The position numbers were made by a program, and so were the translations under genes. From Thermodesulfobacteriota bacterium (GTDB lineage: Bacteria; Desulfobacterota; Desulfobulbia; Desulfobulbales; SURF-16), in contig JBFMAY010000007.1 in assembly GCA_040755455.1 (NCBI GenBank), positions 1 to 64,000 of the forward strand: a stretch of 64,000 nt of DNA, given 5' to 3'. The notes beneath the pieces were generated by a model that was given only the letters and a program-made list of their open reading frames with translations, searched no databases and was not told the DNA's origin. The number at the start of each line of letters is the position of its first letter. Within the stretch, counting starts at the first letter, position 1. Shown in pieces: positions 48,425 through 60,283 of this stretch.

Positions 48425-48967
48425 ATGAAAACAGTTCTCGCGCACATAGAAGAGATATATGAAAAGTGGACCAGCGCCTGCTGCATTGTGGTTGCTGCAA
48501 TCGTGCTGGTGATTGACTATTCCGCCGGCAAGGCGGTACAGTTCCCGATACTTTACATTCTCCCGGTGGGGTTGGCAGCCTGGAACAACAAAAAAGCCAC
48601 GGCATACGGATTAGTCGTTCTCCTTCCCCTGGCGCGGGTTCTTTTTAATTTCCCATGGCAGACAACAGAGACCATGCCTGTGGCCGTGGTTAATGCGGGG
48701 ATAAGAGTCATTGTCTTGGGGATCTATGCGTATCTGCTTGACAGAACCGCATCGCAGACAAGGCAGTTACAGAAGGAGATAAAGGTGTTGGAAGGTATTC
48801 TGTCCATATGCTCGTCATGCAAGAGAATCCGCAATGAACAAGGTGAATATGAGCGGATGGAAAAGTATGTTACCAGGCACTCGGAGGCCACCTTCAGTCA
48901 CGGGATCTGTGATGAGTGCGCAAAGAGATTGTATCCTGAGTATTTCAGCGGGGATACGAATGAATGA
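48425..48967 (+). CDS. 4TM membrane protein with a C-terminal four-Cys domain
   Basis: TM helices, coiled coil, ILSICSSCKRIR..FSHGICDEC. Confidence 0.75.
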   Translation: MKTVLAHIEEIYEKWTSACCIVVAAIVLVIDYSAGKAVQFPILYILPVGLAAWNNKKATAYGLVVLLPLARVLFNFPWQTTETMPVAVVNAGIRVIVLGIYAYLLDRTASQTRQLQKEIKVLEGILSICSSCKRIRNEQGEYERMEKYVTRHSEATFSHGICDECAKRLYPEYFSGDTNE

Positions 48968-49138
48968 TGAAGCACCGGCCGGGGGATTTTTCTTCTGTTG
49001 TTGCTTATAAAATATGAGCGTTCACCGGGCGAAACTGCTAAGCTGCGGCATGTAAATGATAATGATGTTATGCAATCCGGTGCACCTGCGGATATAAGTC
49101 CTGCCTGGGACGATGATGCCGCAAAACCGCCAAATATC

Positions 49139-49801
49139 ATGATGAAAAATAAGAGTGCAGATGAGGGGCCGCGGAAAGTGCTTGAGCAATTACCGGATAC
49201 GTCCGGGAAAGCCGAGGCCTTGTATCGCAGCCTTTTTGAAAACAACCATTCAATCATGTTGCTTATTGATCCCGGGGACGGTGACATCATGGATGCCAAC
49301 CTGGCCGCCTGTAATTATTATGGCTACTCGCGGGATGAAATGACCAGCATGAAGATAACGGATATCAATACCCTGTCCCCGGAGGAGGTTCATGAGGAGA
49401 TGCGCAATGCCAAGCTGGAGAAACGTAACTATTTCAACTTCCGGCACAGGCTTGCAGACGGGAGGATAAGAGATGTCGAGGTTTTCAGCGGTCCGGTATT
49501 CATCAATAACGAAAAGTTGCTGTATTCGATCATCCATGACATCTCAGACCGGAAAAAAATTGAAGAGGAAAAAGAACAACTCATTGAAAAACTGACAAAG
49601 GCCCTCGATGAAATCAAGACGCTCAAGGGCATCCTGCCCATCTGCTCGTCATGCAAAAAAATCCGGGATGACAAGGGATATTGGCAGCAGATCGAGGCTT
49701 ACATAAGGCAGCATTCCGGCGCTGAATTCACTCACGGCATCTGCCCGGCTTGTGCCAGGAAGCTGTATCCTGACCTTGATCTTGCTGCTAAGCCGTTGTA
49801 A
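49139..49801 (+). CDS. PAS protein with a C-terminal four-Cys domain
   Basis: YRSLFE..DANLAAC.YYGY..IHDISDRK; LPICSSCKKIR..FTHGICPAC; start uncertain. Confidence 0.8.
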   Translation: MMKNKSADEGPRKVLEQLPDTSGKAEALYRSLFENNHSIMLLIDPGDGDIMDANLAACNYYGYSRDEMTSMKITDINTLSPEEVHEEMRNAKLEKRNYFNFRHRLADGRIRDVEVFSGPVFINNEKLLYSIIHDISDRKKIEEEKEQLIEKLTKALDEIKTLKGILPICSSCKKIRDDKGYWQQIEAYIRQHSGAEFTHGICPACARKLYPDLDLAAKPL

Positions 49802-49831
49802 AAAACAACATGGTCATGCTGATAACCGAAA

Positions 49832-49892
49832 CGGCATGAGGAGCTGTAAAGAAACAGGCAGAATTGTACAAGTTATTTCGTAACGGCTCCTC
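49832..49892. repeat. Short palindromic intergenic repeat, copy 2 (inverted)
   Basis: CGGCAT-GAGGAGCTGTAAAGAAA..TTTCGTAACGGCTCCTC. Confidence 0.5.
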
Positions 49893-49944
49893 AGTAATTT
49901 ATTGCCGGTGCAGGGCGCCTGTTTGGAGCAAAATGGCCCACGTC

Positions 49945-50298
49945 ATGAATGGTGAAACCAATCTCTTTAAACCAACCGAGCTTTTCAGCCGCAAACTTGA
50001 CCAGATAAAAGACAGTGATCCGCCCGGCTATGGCCGCATCATGAAGGTGATCGACAGATTGCTTGCCGATCCTGATGATGCGGACGGCAAGATGCATGGC
50101 GCCTACCGGGGCCGCTTCAAGAAGTATGTCGGCCGCCGGGACTACCGGATCATCTATTACTGGTGCAGGCGGTGCCGTAAGGAAAATGAGCGGCTGGAGA
50201 AGGATTGTGAAAACTGTCAGGCAATCCCGGACAACAGTGTCATCTTTTTTGATCTCTACCACAAAAAAGACATGAAAAAGTTCAAAAAGCATAACTGA
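49945..50298 (+). CDS. RelE/ParE-like protein with a CxxC..CxxC insertion
   Basis: F.RKL..I, RI..VIDRL..DP, KKYVG..DYRIIY, V.F.D..HK pattern; no antitoxin ORF seen. Confidence 0.6.
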   Translation: MNGETNLFKPTELFSRKLDQIKDSDPPGYGRIMKVIDRLLADPDDADGKMHGAYRGRFKKYVGRRDYRIIYYWCRRCRKENERLEKDCENCQAIPDNSVIFFDLYHKKDMKKFKKHN

Positions 50299-50339
50299 GG
50301 GCTGCCCGGCCCTTGGTTCATTTTTTGCTCGACACAGCC

Positions 50340-51743
<1,404 letters not shown>

Positions 51744-51950
51744 CAGCGGCATGTCTGTGCAGGACCTTCCTGCCGTTGCGGCAGGCGCAGGTTGTCAGGG
51801 CCTGGGTGGCAATGAAAACCGCACCCTGCAAAAAAAATCCAAGCCGGGCAACAAGTTGTTTTTTTTAAGAATTCACGGAGGTTGACTGCGAGGGCGCGGG
51901 CATTATTATTGCAGTCAAAAAGTTGTGAGGCATGCCCTGTGGAGAAGATC

Positions 51951-53036
51951 ATGAAAAAGAAAGTTCTGGTAGTGGACAACAATAAGCTTGTCGTTCGCCT
52001 TTTGACCGCTTTTTTGCAGCAGAATGGCTATGTTGTCGCCGCCGCGGAAGACGGCCTGTCGGCCCTGGATCAGCTGGAGGTCTTCCGGCCGGACATCATG
52101 CTGGTCGACTTGATAATGCCGCAGATAAACGGCGAAAAACTCTGCCGCATTATCCGCAAGATGCCGGAGCATGATCCCATCTTTATCATCATCATCTCGG
52201 CCATAGCCGCGGAAGAGAAGGTCGATTTCCTTTCATTCGGGGCCAATGCCTGTATTGCCAAAGGTCCGGCCAAACAAATGCATGAGAACCTTGCCACCGT
52301 TCTGCACCATTATGAAAATGATAATATCGATCTGTTGGGTAAAAAGATTTTCGGGGAAGAAAACATTTTTGAACGTGACATCACCAAGGAGCTTCTTGCC
52401 ACCAAAAAGCATCTGGAGATCACTCTGAATAATATGGATGAGGGGCTGGTGGAGTTGAATTCCCAAGCCCATGTCATTTTTGCCAATCCTGTTTCCTTTA
52501 AACTGCTGGGCCTGCCGGAGGAAAAGGTGCTTTCGGAATTTTTCCCGAATTTTTTTGCCAGGGAGGACCGGCAGCGCATTGCCGGACTGCTTGAAAAGCA
52601 GGATGAAAACATCGTTGAGGTGGGGGAAGAGGTGCCGATCTCCCTGCATGGCAACTATCTGCTGTTGAAATTTGTGCCCTTTCATGATCAGGGCCGCAAG
52701 TACATCATTGCCATGATGCACAATATCACCAGGCGCAAGCAGGCGGAGCTGGACCTGATCCATCACAAGGAGAACCTCGAGGAAATGGTGCAGGACCGCA
52801 CCGCCACCTTGGAGGAGCTGAATGTTGAACTGGAAGATGCCCTCTGTAAAGTGAAAACCCTGAGCGGTCTGCTGCCCATCTGTGCCTCGTGCAAGAAAAT
52901 CCGGGATGATCAGGGATACTGGAATCAGATCGAGCTGTTCATCCGGGATCATTCCTTTGCTGAATTCAGCCATGGCATCTGTCCTGAGTGCGCCAGAAAG
53001 CTCTATCCTGAACTTGATATTTTTGAGGATAAATGA
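51951..53036 (+). CDS. Response regulator (REC-PAS) with a C-terminal four-Cys domain
   Basis: VLVVD..DLIMP..K; PAS; LPICASCKKIRDD.GYW..FSHGICPEC. Confidence 0.85.
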   Translation: MKKKVLVVDNNKLVVRLLTAFLQQNGYVVAAAEDGLSALDQLEVFRPDIMLVDLIMPQINGEKLCRIIRKMPEHDPIFIIIISAIAAEEKVDFLSFGANACIAKGPAKQMHENLATVLHHYENDNIDLLGKKIFGEENIFERDITKELLATKKHLEITLNNMDEGLVELNSQAHVIFANPVSFKLLGLPEEKVLSEFFPNFFAREDRQRIAGLLEKQDENIVEVGEEVPISLHGNYLLLKFVPFHDQGRKYIIAMMHNITRRKQAELDLIHHKENLEEMVQDRTATLEELNVELEDALCKVKTLSGLLPICASCKKIRDDQGYWNQIELFIRDHSFAEFSHGICPECARKLYPELDIFEDK

Positions 53037-53205
53037 GGCAATCCCATGGTCGGGCAGTATGAGCCGGGCAACGATTACGGCGCTGAAAATATTTTCCCGT
53101 TAACCTCATGATTTGCCGGGGTCAAATCGTATTCGATAGATAATCGAAGGGAAATATGGTCAATAAAATATCTTGACAATATTTGTTACTTGGTGCAGTA
53201 TTTTC

Positions 53206-53227
53206 TTAAATAAGAATAAATCTTAAT
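53206..53227 (+). promoter_or_regulatory. Possible PerR/Fur-type operator
   Basis: AT-rich inverted repeat TAAGA-N5-TCTTA just before perR; related AT-rich tract at ~53735-53767 before katA. Confidence 0.35.
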
Positions 53228-53238
53228 AGGGTCCGGCT

Positions 53239-53697
53239 GTGCTGAACAGGAAAGAGACGAAGGAATTATTGGCCTCAAGAATGGCAATGTTTGAACAAGC
53301 CTGCCAGCAGGCAGGCCTGAAGCTTACCCACCAGCGGCTGGAGATCTTCAGAGAGCTGGCCACGGCAACCGACCATCCCTCGGCGGAAACTTTACACCGG
53401 CGTTTGCGGCAGCGTATGCCGACTCTTTCCCTGGATACGGTTTACAGAACATTGGCCTCTCTGGAACAAAAGGGTCTCATTACCCGGGTCAAAACAGGGG
53501 AAAGCCAGGCCAGATTCGAGGCGGAACAGAGACAGCACCATCATCTCGTTTGTGAGAGATGCCATGAGATCATTGATTTCCAGTGGCAAACCTTTGATGA
53601 TTCGCTCCTGCCCGATGAAATTTTGCAATGGGGAAGAATCAAGAGCAAAAATGCCATTCTGCAGGGCCTCTGCAGCAAATGCCTCGATGCGGTTTAA
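53239..53697 (+). CDS. perR: Fur-family regulator, PerR-like
   Basis: LTHQR, HPSAE, TVYRTL, HHHLVCERC, CSKC; directly upstream of catalase. Confidence 0.85.
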   Translation: MLNRKETKELLASRMAMFEQACQQAGLKLTHQRLEIFRELATATDHPSAETLHRRLRQRMPTLSLDTVYRTLASLEQKGLITRVKTGESQARFEAEQRQHHHLVCERCHEIIDFQWQTFDDSLLPDEILQWGRIKSKNAILQGLCSKCLDAV

Positions 53698-53881
53698 CGA
53701 TTTTTCGCGGTTCATTTTTTTTGGCCTATAATCCGTAAAAATTCTTAGGTAGTTAAATTTATTACTTCTGACAAAAAAGTGTATATTTTTTTGTTTATCG
53801 TTCTGCTTTAATAAGAGAAGATGTCAGGTAGTTGTTCGAAAACGCAATGACATGAACCATCAAATGAAAAAGGAGGCAGTT

Positions 53882-55390
53882 ATGTCCGAAAAAAAAATCC
53901 TTACCAGCAATTTCGGCTCGCCGGTGGGAAATGATCTCAACACATTAACGGCAGGCCCGAAAGGCCCTGCGCTCATGCAGGATGTCCATCTCCTGGAGAA
54001 GCTCGCCCATTTTGATCGGGAACGAATTCCTGAACGTGTTGTTCATGCCAAGGGAGCCGGCGCCTACGGTTATTTTGAGGTGACCAATGATGTCAGCAGG
54101 TATACCAAGGCCAAATTCCTCTCCAAGGTGGGGAAGAAAACAGATCTGTTTGTTCGTTTTTCCACCGTGGGCGGCGAAAAGGGCTCGGCCGATTCCGAAC
54201 GCGACCCCCGCGGCTTTGCCGTGAAGTTCTATACGGAAGAGGGTAATTATGACATGGTCGGCAATAACACCCCGGTCTTCTTCATCCGCGATCCCCTGAA
54301 ATTCCCCGACTTCATCCATACCCAGAAGCGGCATCCTGGCACCAATCTCAAGGATGCCGATATGTTCTGGGATTTTCTTTCCCTGACGCCCGAGTCCATC
54401 CACCAGGTGACCATTCTCTTTTCCGACCGCGGCACGCCGCGGACCTATCGCCACATGAACGGCTACAGCAGCCATACCTACAAATGGTATAATGAAAGGG
54501 GTGAATATGTCTGGGTGCAGTACCATTTCAAGACCGAACAGGGCATCGCCAATTTCACCGGCGAGGAGGCGGACCGCATGCGTTCGGTCGATGCCGATTG
54601 TGCCACCCGTGACCTCCACGAGGCCATAGTCCGGGCTGAGTTTCCCTCCTGGCGGCTTGAGGTGCAGATCATGACCCCGGAACAGGCAAAGGATTACCGC
54701 TTTGATCCGTTTGACATCACCAAGGTGTGGCCCCATGCCGATTTTCCCCCTCTGGATGTGGGCCGCATGGTGCTGAACCGCAACCCGGACAACTATTTTG
54801 CCGAGGTGGAGCAGTCCGCCTTCTCACCGGGTAATTTCGTGCCAGGCATCGGGCCGTCCCCGGATAAGATGCTGCAGGGCCGGCTTTTCAGCTATCACGA
54901 TACCCATCGCCATCGTCTCGGGGCCAACTATCATCTGCTGCCGGTCAACTCCGCCAAGGGTTGTCCGATGCACAATTACCAGCGCGACGGCTTCATGCGT
55001 TCTGACAACAACGGCGGCGGCAGTGCCAATTACTGGCCCAACAGTTTCGGCGGGCCGCAGCCCGATCCCGTGGGCACGGAACCGGCATTTGCCTTGACCG
55101 GTATGGCTGACCGCCATGCCTATGCGCTGGTCGATGACGACTTTGTCCAGGCGGGTGATCTGTATCGCAAGGTCATGAAGGACGGAGACAGAGCCAACCT
55201 GGTGAAAAATATTGTCGGCCATCTGCAAAACGCCCGGACTCGCATCCAGTTGCGCCAGGCAGCGCTTTTTTATAAGGCGGACCCGGATTACGGCACCAGG
55301 GTGGCACAGGGACTGGGGCTTGCGGTGGAAGAGGTGAAAAAGCTTGCCGCCATGTCGCAGGAGGAACGGGTGCAGGCAACAGCGGCCTGA
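53882..55390 (+). CDS. katA: Monofunctional heme catalase
   Basis: [39 protein letters not shown]. Confidence 0.97.
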   Translation: MSEKKILTSNFGSPVGNDLNTLTAGPKGPALMQDVHLLEKLAHFDRERIPERVVHAKGAGAYGYFEVTNDVSRYTKAKFLSKVGKKTDLFVRFSTVGGEKGSADSERDPRGFAVKFYTEEGNYDMVGNNTPVFFIRDPLKFPDFIHTQKRHPGTNLKDADMFWDFLSLTPESIHQVTILFSDRGTPRTYRHMNGYSSHTYKWYNERGEYVWVQYHFKTEQGIANFTGEEADRMRSVDADCATRDLHEAIVRAEFPSWRLEVQIMTPEQAKDYRFDPFDITKVWPHADFPPLDVGRMVLNRNPDNYFAEVEQSAFSPGNFVPGIGPSPDKMLQGRLFSYHDTHRHRLGANYHLLPVNSAKGCPMHNYQRDGFMRSDNNGGGSANYWPNSFGGPQPDPVGTEPAFALTGMADRHAYALVDDDFVQAGDLYRKVMKDGDRANLVKNIVGHLQNARTRIQLRQAALFYKADPDYGTRVAQGLGLAVEEVKKLAAMSQEERVQATAA

Positions 55391-55666
55391 AGAAGCTGAC
55401 GGCCCGGGCTGAACTTTTGCGCTGCCGCAGGTTCGGGATGCCGGCGGCAGCTCTTTTGGGCAGGGGAGGGTTGCCCCGGATGCTGCTTCCGCTCAACTGA
55501 TTCCCGGCCGCCAGCAAAGGTTGGTTCTGATTGCGCGGCATGCTGTTCCCTTTTTCATAAAGTGTGCTATGATGGGTTGCATAACCTCCTGTCGCATTCT
55601 GAGGGCAGGGGTGGCAGGGCTAAGCAGAGTGATTGAAAAATACAGGAAGCCGGAGGCTTGGTGCCC

Positions 55667-56416
55667 ATGAAAAAAATGATTATTCCGCGTGCTACGATTT
55701 TCTTTCTCACACTCATCTTGCTCTTTTCGTCATCGTGTGCTTACCAGGAGAGGGTGCAGCCCATCACCATGCCGGCCAGTATGGACAATTATGTGGAGGT
55801 CAACGGGGTGCAGATTGCCGCGAAAGCCTTTGCCGACAAAAAAGAGGCCAGTGACACCTTTGGTTATGACATTAGAGGCGCAGGCCTCCTGCCTGTGCAG
55901 GTTGTTTTCCAGAATGACGGCGACCGGCCCGTAGCCCTGGTTGCCGAACAGACGTTTCTCATCGACACCAAAAATCAGGCCTGGCCGGTTAACTCCCTTG
56001 ACAGGACCTATAGCCGGGTGGAAAAATATGCTGATGTGGGCGAGACGGCTGCCGGCGCGGCAAAACCGGCGCTGCTGCTCGGCGCGGCCGGGGCCCTTGC
56101 CGGGCTTGCCGTGGGTATCGTCACCGGGGAAAACATCGGGGAAGCCATGGGCAAGGGCGCGGCGATCGGGGCTGCCGCGGGCGCCATCGGCGGTGGAGTC
56201 AGCGGCTATCAGGACGCCAGGGGAAAGATAAAAAAGGATCTGTCTCAAAAGGCTCTGGTGAACAAGGAAATACTGCCCAGCCAGCTCGGTTACGGCATGC
56301 TCTTTTTCCCTGGTTTTGCCGAGGAGGCGCAGGATGCGACGCAGTTGAAGCTGACCTTGTCATTTGCCGGCGAATTGCATTCCGTCACGCTTGATCTGCA
56401 GCCGGCAGCCAACTGA
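55667..56416 (+). CDS. Glycine-zipper lipoprotein
   Basis: Lipobox SSSC; GAAGALAG..GAAIGAAAGAIGG. Confidence 0.7.
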   Translation: MKKMIIPRATIFFLTLILLFSSSCAYQERVQPITMPASMDNYVEVNGVQIAAKAFADKKEASDTFGYDIRGAGLLPVQVVFQNDGDRPVALVAEQTFLIDTKNQAWPVNSLDRTYSRVEKYADVGETAAGAAKPALLLGAAGALAGLAVGIVTGENIGEAMGKGAAIGAAAGAIGGGVSGYQDARGKIKKDLSQKALVNKEILPSQLGYGMLFFPGFAEEAQDATQLKLTLSFAGELHSVTLDLQPAAN

Positions 56417-56606
56417 TATCTCATGGGGCGAGGCGCTTGCCGGGCATCAGGCGCCGTGTGCCGATCACTTCGTTGTTGCACCTTCCTTATCAAACGTTGC
56501 GCACCAATCCGCACCATCTGTAATCCGCCTCACCCGCCGAGTAATGAACGTCTACGCCGCCTGAAAGCTGCTGCTCAGTCAGGGAGGGGGGGAGGCCGGT
56601 AAAGGC

Positions 56607-57443
56607 TTAGGCCGTTTCCATTTCCATGCTGATATCGCAGGCCGGGGCCGAATGGGTCAGGGCGCCGATGGAAATAAGGTTGACGCCGGTTTCCGCCACG
56701 GCGCGCACATTTTCCAGGTTGATCCCGCCGGAGGCCTCAAGCAGTGCCCTTCCCTTGACCAGCCGGACGGCCTGCCGCATCAGCTCGGGAGACATGTTGT
56801 CCAGCATGATGATGTCCACAGCGGCGGACAGACAGGCCTCCACCTGTTCCAGGGTTTCCGCCTCCACTTCAATTTTCAGGGTATGGGGCGCTCGTTCCCT
56901 GACCCGGTTGACCGCCTTCTGGATGGAGCCGCAGGCGGCGATGTGATTGTCCTTGATCAGGATGCCGTCGGCCAGATTGAACCGGTGGTTATGTCCGCCG
57001 CCAACCCGGACAGCGTATTTCTCCAGCATGCGCAGACCGGGGGTGGTTTTTCTGGTATCAACGATTTTCACCGGCAGCAGCATCACCTTATCAACAAAAC
57101 GGGAGGTGAGGGTGGCGATGCCGGACAGGCGCTGGACAAGGTTCAAGGCAACCCGTTCGGCCCGCAGCAGATCAATGACCTGCCCTGATGCGGTGAAGAG
57201 CACATCATTCTCCTGCACCCGGGTGCCGTCATCAACGGCGGTGTATTCGATGGTGGGATTACACAGGCGGAAGACCTCGCCGGCGACCGTTTCCATGCCT
57301 GCGCAGACAAAGGCGGCCCTGGCGATGAAACGGGCCTTGCCGGTCTGGGCATCAGCAAAAATCGACTCGCTGGTCAGATCGCCGCTGCCCAGATCCTCGG
57401 CCAAAAAGCGTTTGAGGCCTTCGATGAGTTCAAGTCGATTCAT
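56607..57443 (-). CDS. nadC: Nicotinate-nucleotide diphosphorylase (carboxylating)
   Basis: ERVALN, DTRKTTPG, LIKDNH, MLDNM, EASGG. Confidence 0.97.
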   Translation of the reverse strand: MNRLELIEGLKRFLAEDLGSGDLTSESIFADAQTGKARFIARAAFVCAGMETVAGEVFRLCNPTIEYTAVDDGTRVQENDVLFTASGQVIDLLRAERVALNLVQRLSGIATLTSRFVDKVMLLPVKIVDTRKTTPGLRMLEKYAVRVGGGHNHRFNLADGILIKDNHIAACGSIQKAVNRVRERAPHTLKIEVEAETLEQVEACLSAAVDIIMLDNMSPELMRQAVRLVKGRALLEASGGINLENVRAVAETGVNLISIGALTHSAPACDISMEMETA

Positions 57444-57470
57444 GCGGGTAATCGCCAGGCTGTCGCCGTG

Positions 57471-57905
57471 TTACTGGGTGCGCCAGTTGCCGTATTGGTC
57501 ACGGCAGGCCGTCTGGATGATCTTCTCCGGTTTGCCGTCAACTGTGGCCAGGATTTCGGCCTCGCGGCAGTCCTGATTGTAGTCGTTTCTATAGGTGTTC
57601 TGCGGTGTCACCGCATACTGGTTGCCGTTGTTCGGGTTGACCCAGCGGGAGGTTCGGCCGTCCGGCATGCTTTCATAGGCTGCGGTGATTTTTGCCTGGT
57701 CGGCCTTATCCATCTCATTGCCCACGGCATAACCAAGCAAGGCGCCGACTGCCGCCCCGATCAGGGTGGCCCCGGTATTATGGCCGATGGCCTGGCCGGC
57801 GATTGCCCCGACGGCGGCGCCGGTGCCCAGTCCGGTCTGAGCCTTGGTGGCGCATGATGCCGTGAAGGCGGCCAAGATAAGAAGGAGAATAAAATTTTTC
57901 AACAT
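57471..57905 (-). CDS. 17-kDa surface antigen-like glycine-zipper lipoprotein
   Basis: Lipobox TASC, Gly zipper, W.NP..G, CRE..ACR..GNW. Confidence 0.85.
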   Translation of the reverse strand: MLKNFILLLILAAFTASCATKAQTGLGTGAAVGAIAGQAIGHNTGATLIGAAVGALLGYAVGNEMDKADQAKITAAYESMPDGRTSRWVNPNNGNQYAVTPQNTYRNDYNQDCREAEILATVDGKPEKIIQTACRDQYGNWRTQ

Positions 57906-58102
57906 AATAAAACCTCATATAAAAAAATGAAAAAATGGCTGGGGGAAAAAAATGCTATCTCATACACGTTGCATGAATACAATGGGGTTCCTTTTTTTTC
58001 AAGGACAAAGAAAATACTTGAAAAGTTCCCTTTTTGTCTGGAAAGGATTTGTCAAATAATGTTAGTCTGTGGAAAAATTTAATCCATCTGGAGGTATACA
58101 TC

Positions 58103-58414
58103 ATGATCGAGTTAATCAAGAAGGCATTTTATACGGGGCTGGGGGCGGCTGAACTCACCAGGGAGAAAGTCGAGGATCTTGCCAAGGAGCTTGCCGACAA
58201 GGGCAAGGTGTCGGACAGCGAGATAAAGAAGTTTGTCGATGAAATGCTGGATAAGTCCCAGGAGCGCAAAGACCAGTTGATGAAACAGCTTGAGAAGGTG
58301 ACGGAGGAGACGCTGAAAAGGATGAATCTTGCCAGCCGCGATGATCTGGATGCCCTGGAGAAAAGACTGGCGGAAAGGATTCAAAAGTCGCAGGAGAAGG
58401 GCGCCGGCGAGTAA
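58103..58414 (+). CDS. Phasin-family protein
   Basis: KKAFYTGLG..TREK..L..KG, ASRDDL..LEKRL; typical neighbour of ubiB. Confidence 0.8.
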   Translation: MIELIKKAFYTGLGAAELTREKVEDLAKELADKGKVSDSEIKKFVDEMLDKSQERKDQLMKQLEKVTEETLKRMNLASRDDLDALEKRLAERIQKSQEKGAGE

Positions 58415-58420
58415 ATGTAA

Positions 58421-60118
58421 ATGTTGAATATTCGTAAAATCGGGGCCATCGGCCGTACTTACCGCAATCTCGGCCGCTACCGGCAGATTCTGTCTGTCCT
58501 TTTCAAGTATGGTTTCGGCGAGTTTGTCGATACCCTGAAAATTGAGCAGTATCTGGAAATCAGTCTGCCGATGCTGTTCAAGAAGGAGCCGAAAGTCGGC
58601 GAGAAACTGAGCAGACCCGAACGGATTCGGCGGGTGCTGGAGGAACTCGGTCCCACCTTCATCAAATTCGGTCAGATTCTTTCGACCCGGCCCGATCTCA
58701 TTCCCTTGGAGTATATCAAGGAACTGGCCAGACTGCAGGATAATGTCCCCTCGTTTCCCTATGAGGAAGTTTGTGAGGTGATCGCGAGGGAGCTTGGCCA
58801 GCCGCCTGATGCGGTTTTTCAGTTTTTTGCCAAGGAGCCGTTTGCCGCAGCGTCCATCGGCCAGGTGCATCGGGCCCGGCTGCCTAATAATGAAGATGTT
58901 GTGGTGAAGGTGCAGCGGCCGGGCATCCAGGAGATCATTGAAACGGACCTGGAGATCATGCTCCATCTCGCCTCCCTCATGGAACGCCATCTGGAGGAGT
59001 TCGAGGTACAGCGTCCCACCCGTATCGTCTCGGTTTTTGCCAGGAGCATTGAAAAGGAAATCAATTATCTGCTGGAGGCATTGAATATTGAGCGCTTTGC
59101 CCGGCAGTTTCTGGCGGATCAGACGGTTTATATTCCCAAGGTGTATCGTCGCTTTTCTACAAAAAAGGTGATCACCATGGAATATGTCGAGGGCATTAAG
59201 GCCTCCGAGATTGGGGCGTTGCAAGCGGGCGGCTATGATCTGCAATTGCTGGCCAGCAGGGGCGCGACTCTTATCATGAAACAGATTTTTGTCCATGGCT
59301 TCTTTCACGCTGATCCCCATCCCGGCAATGTCTTTATTCTTCCCGGTAATATCATCTGTTTTCTTGATTTCGGCATGATGGGCCGCATCTCACGCAAAGA
59401 GAGGACGGATTTCGCCGATCTTGTCATGCGCGTGGTGAGCAGGGATGAAAAAAAGGTGGTTGATTCCATCCTGAAAATAACCTATCAACATGATCAGCCT
59501 GATCGGGAGATCCTGGAAAATGACTGTGCCGAAATCATAGACCGATATGTCGGGCTTCCGTTAAAAGATCTGGAAGTGGGTCTTGTCCTGCATCATCTCC
59601 TTGAAATTATCTCCCGGCATAGGTTAAGTTTAAAACCGAATTTCTACCTTCTGGTCAAGGCCACCAGCACCATTGAAACGGTTGGCGGCATGCTTGATCC
59701 TGATTTTGATATCATCCAGCATGCCGAGCCTTTTATTAAGAAAATCCAGATGGAGAGATACAACCCCCAGAAGATTGTCGGGGATATCATTGAATCAGGC
59801 AGTGAGCTGGTGCAGCTGTTCAAGGAGATCCCGGCCGGCCTGCGTGATGTCTTGTCCCTGACCCGGCAGGGCAGGATCAAAATCGAGTTTGAGCACCGGG
59901 GCCTGGAATCACTGTATGAACATCTTGAGCAGGTAGCCAACCGGTTGGCCTTTGCCATTGTTCTTGCTGCGCAGATCATCGGTTCTGCCCTGATTGTGCT
60001 CGCGGATCTGCCGCCGAAGTGGAACGGTATCCCGGTCATAGGCCTGGCGGGTTTTCTCGTGGCGGGCGTCATGGGATTCTGGCTTCTTGTTTCCATGCTG
60101 CGCCATGGGAAGATGTAA
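58421..60118 (+). CDS. ubiB: AarF/UbiB (ABC1) kinase-like protein
   Basis: LGPTFIKFGQ, AASIGQVH, VKVQRP, FHADPHPGN, LDFGM. Confidence 0.9.
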   Translation: MLNIRKIGAIGRTYRNLGRYRQILSVLFKYGFGEFVDTLKIEQYLEISLPMLFKKEPKVGEKLSRPERIRRVLEELGPTFIKFGQILSTRPDLIPLEYIKELARLQDNVPSFPYEEVCEVIARELGQPPDAVFQFFAKEPFAAASIGQVHRARLPNNEDVVVKVQRPGIQEIIETDLEIMLHLASLMERHLEEFEVQRPTRIVSVFARSIEKEINYLLEALNIERFARQFLADQTVYIPKVYRRFSTKKVITMEYVEGIKASEIGALQAGGYDLQLLASRGATLIMKQIFVHGFFHADPHPGNVFILPGNIICFLDFGMMGRISRKERTDFADLVMRVVSRDEKKVVDSILKITYQHDQPDREILENDCAEIIDRYVGLPLKDLEVGLVLHHLLEIISRHRLSLKPNFYLLVKATSTIETVGGMLDPDFDIIQHAEPFIKKIQMERYNPQKIVGDIIESGSELVQLFKEIPAGLRDVLSLTRQGRIKIEFEHRGLESLYEHLEQVANRLAFAIVLAAQIIGSALIVLADLPPKWNGIPVIGLAGFLVAGVMGFWLLVSMLRHGKM

Positions 60119-60121
60119 TGA

Positions 60122-60180
60122 GGGGCTGTTACGAAGCAACCATTACATTTCTAACCATTTCGTTACGGCCCCTTATGCCG
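60122..60180. repeat. Short palindromic intergenic repeat, copy 3
   Basis: GGGGCTGTTACGAA..TTCGTTACGGCCCC followed by TTATGCCG. Confidence 0.55.
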
Positions 60181-60283
60181 GTCAAGGGATTGGGATGTTA
60201 TGTATATTTTTCTATAGCGGCCTATTGTTCTGATTGCTCACTGCAGCAGGCTTTACTGACTGGATAATGAGAGGAAATCAAAC

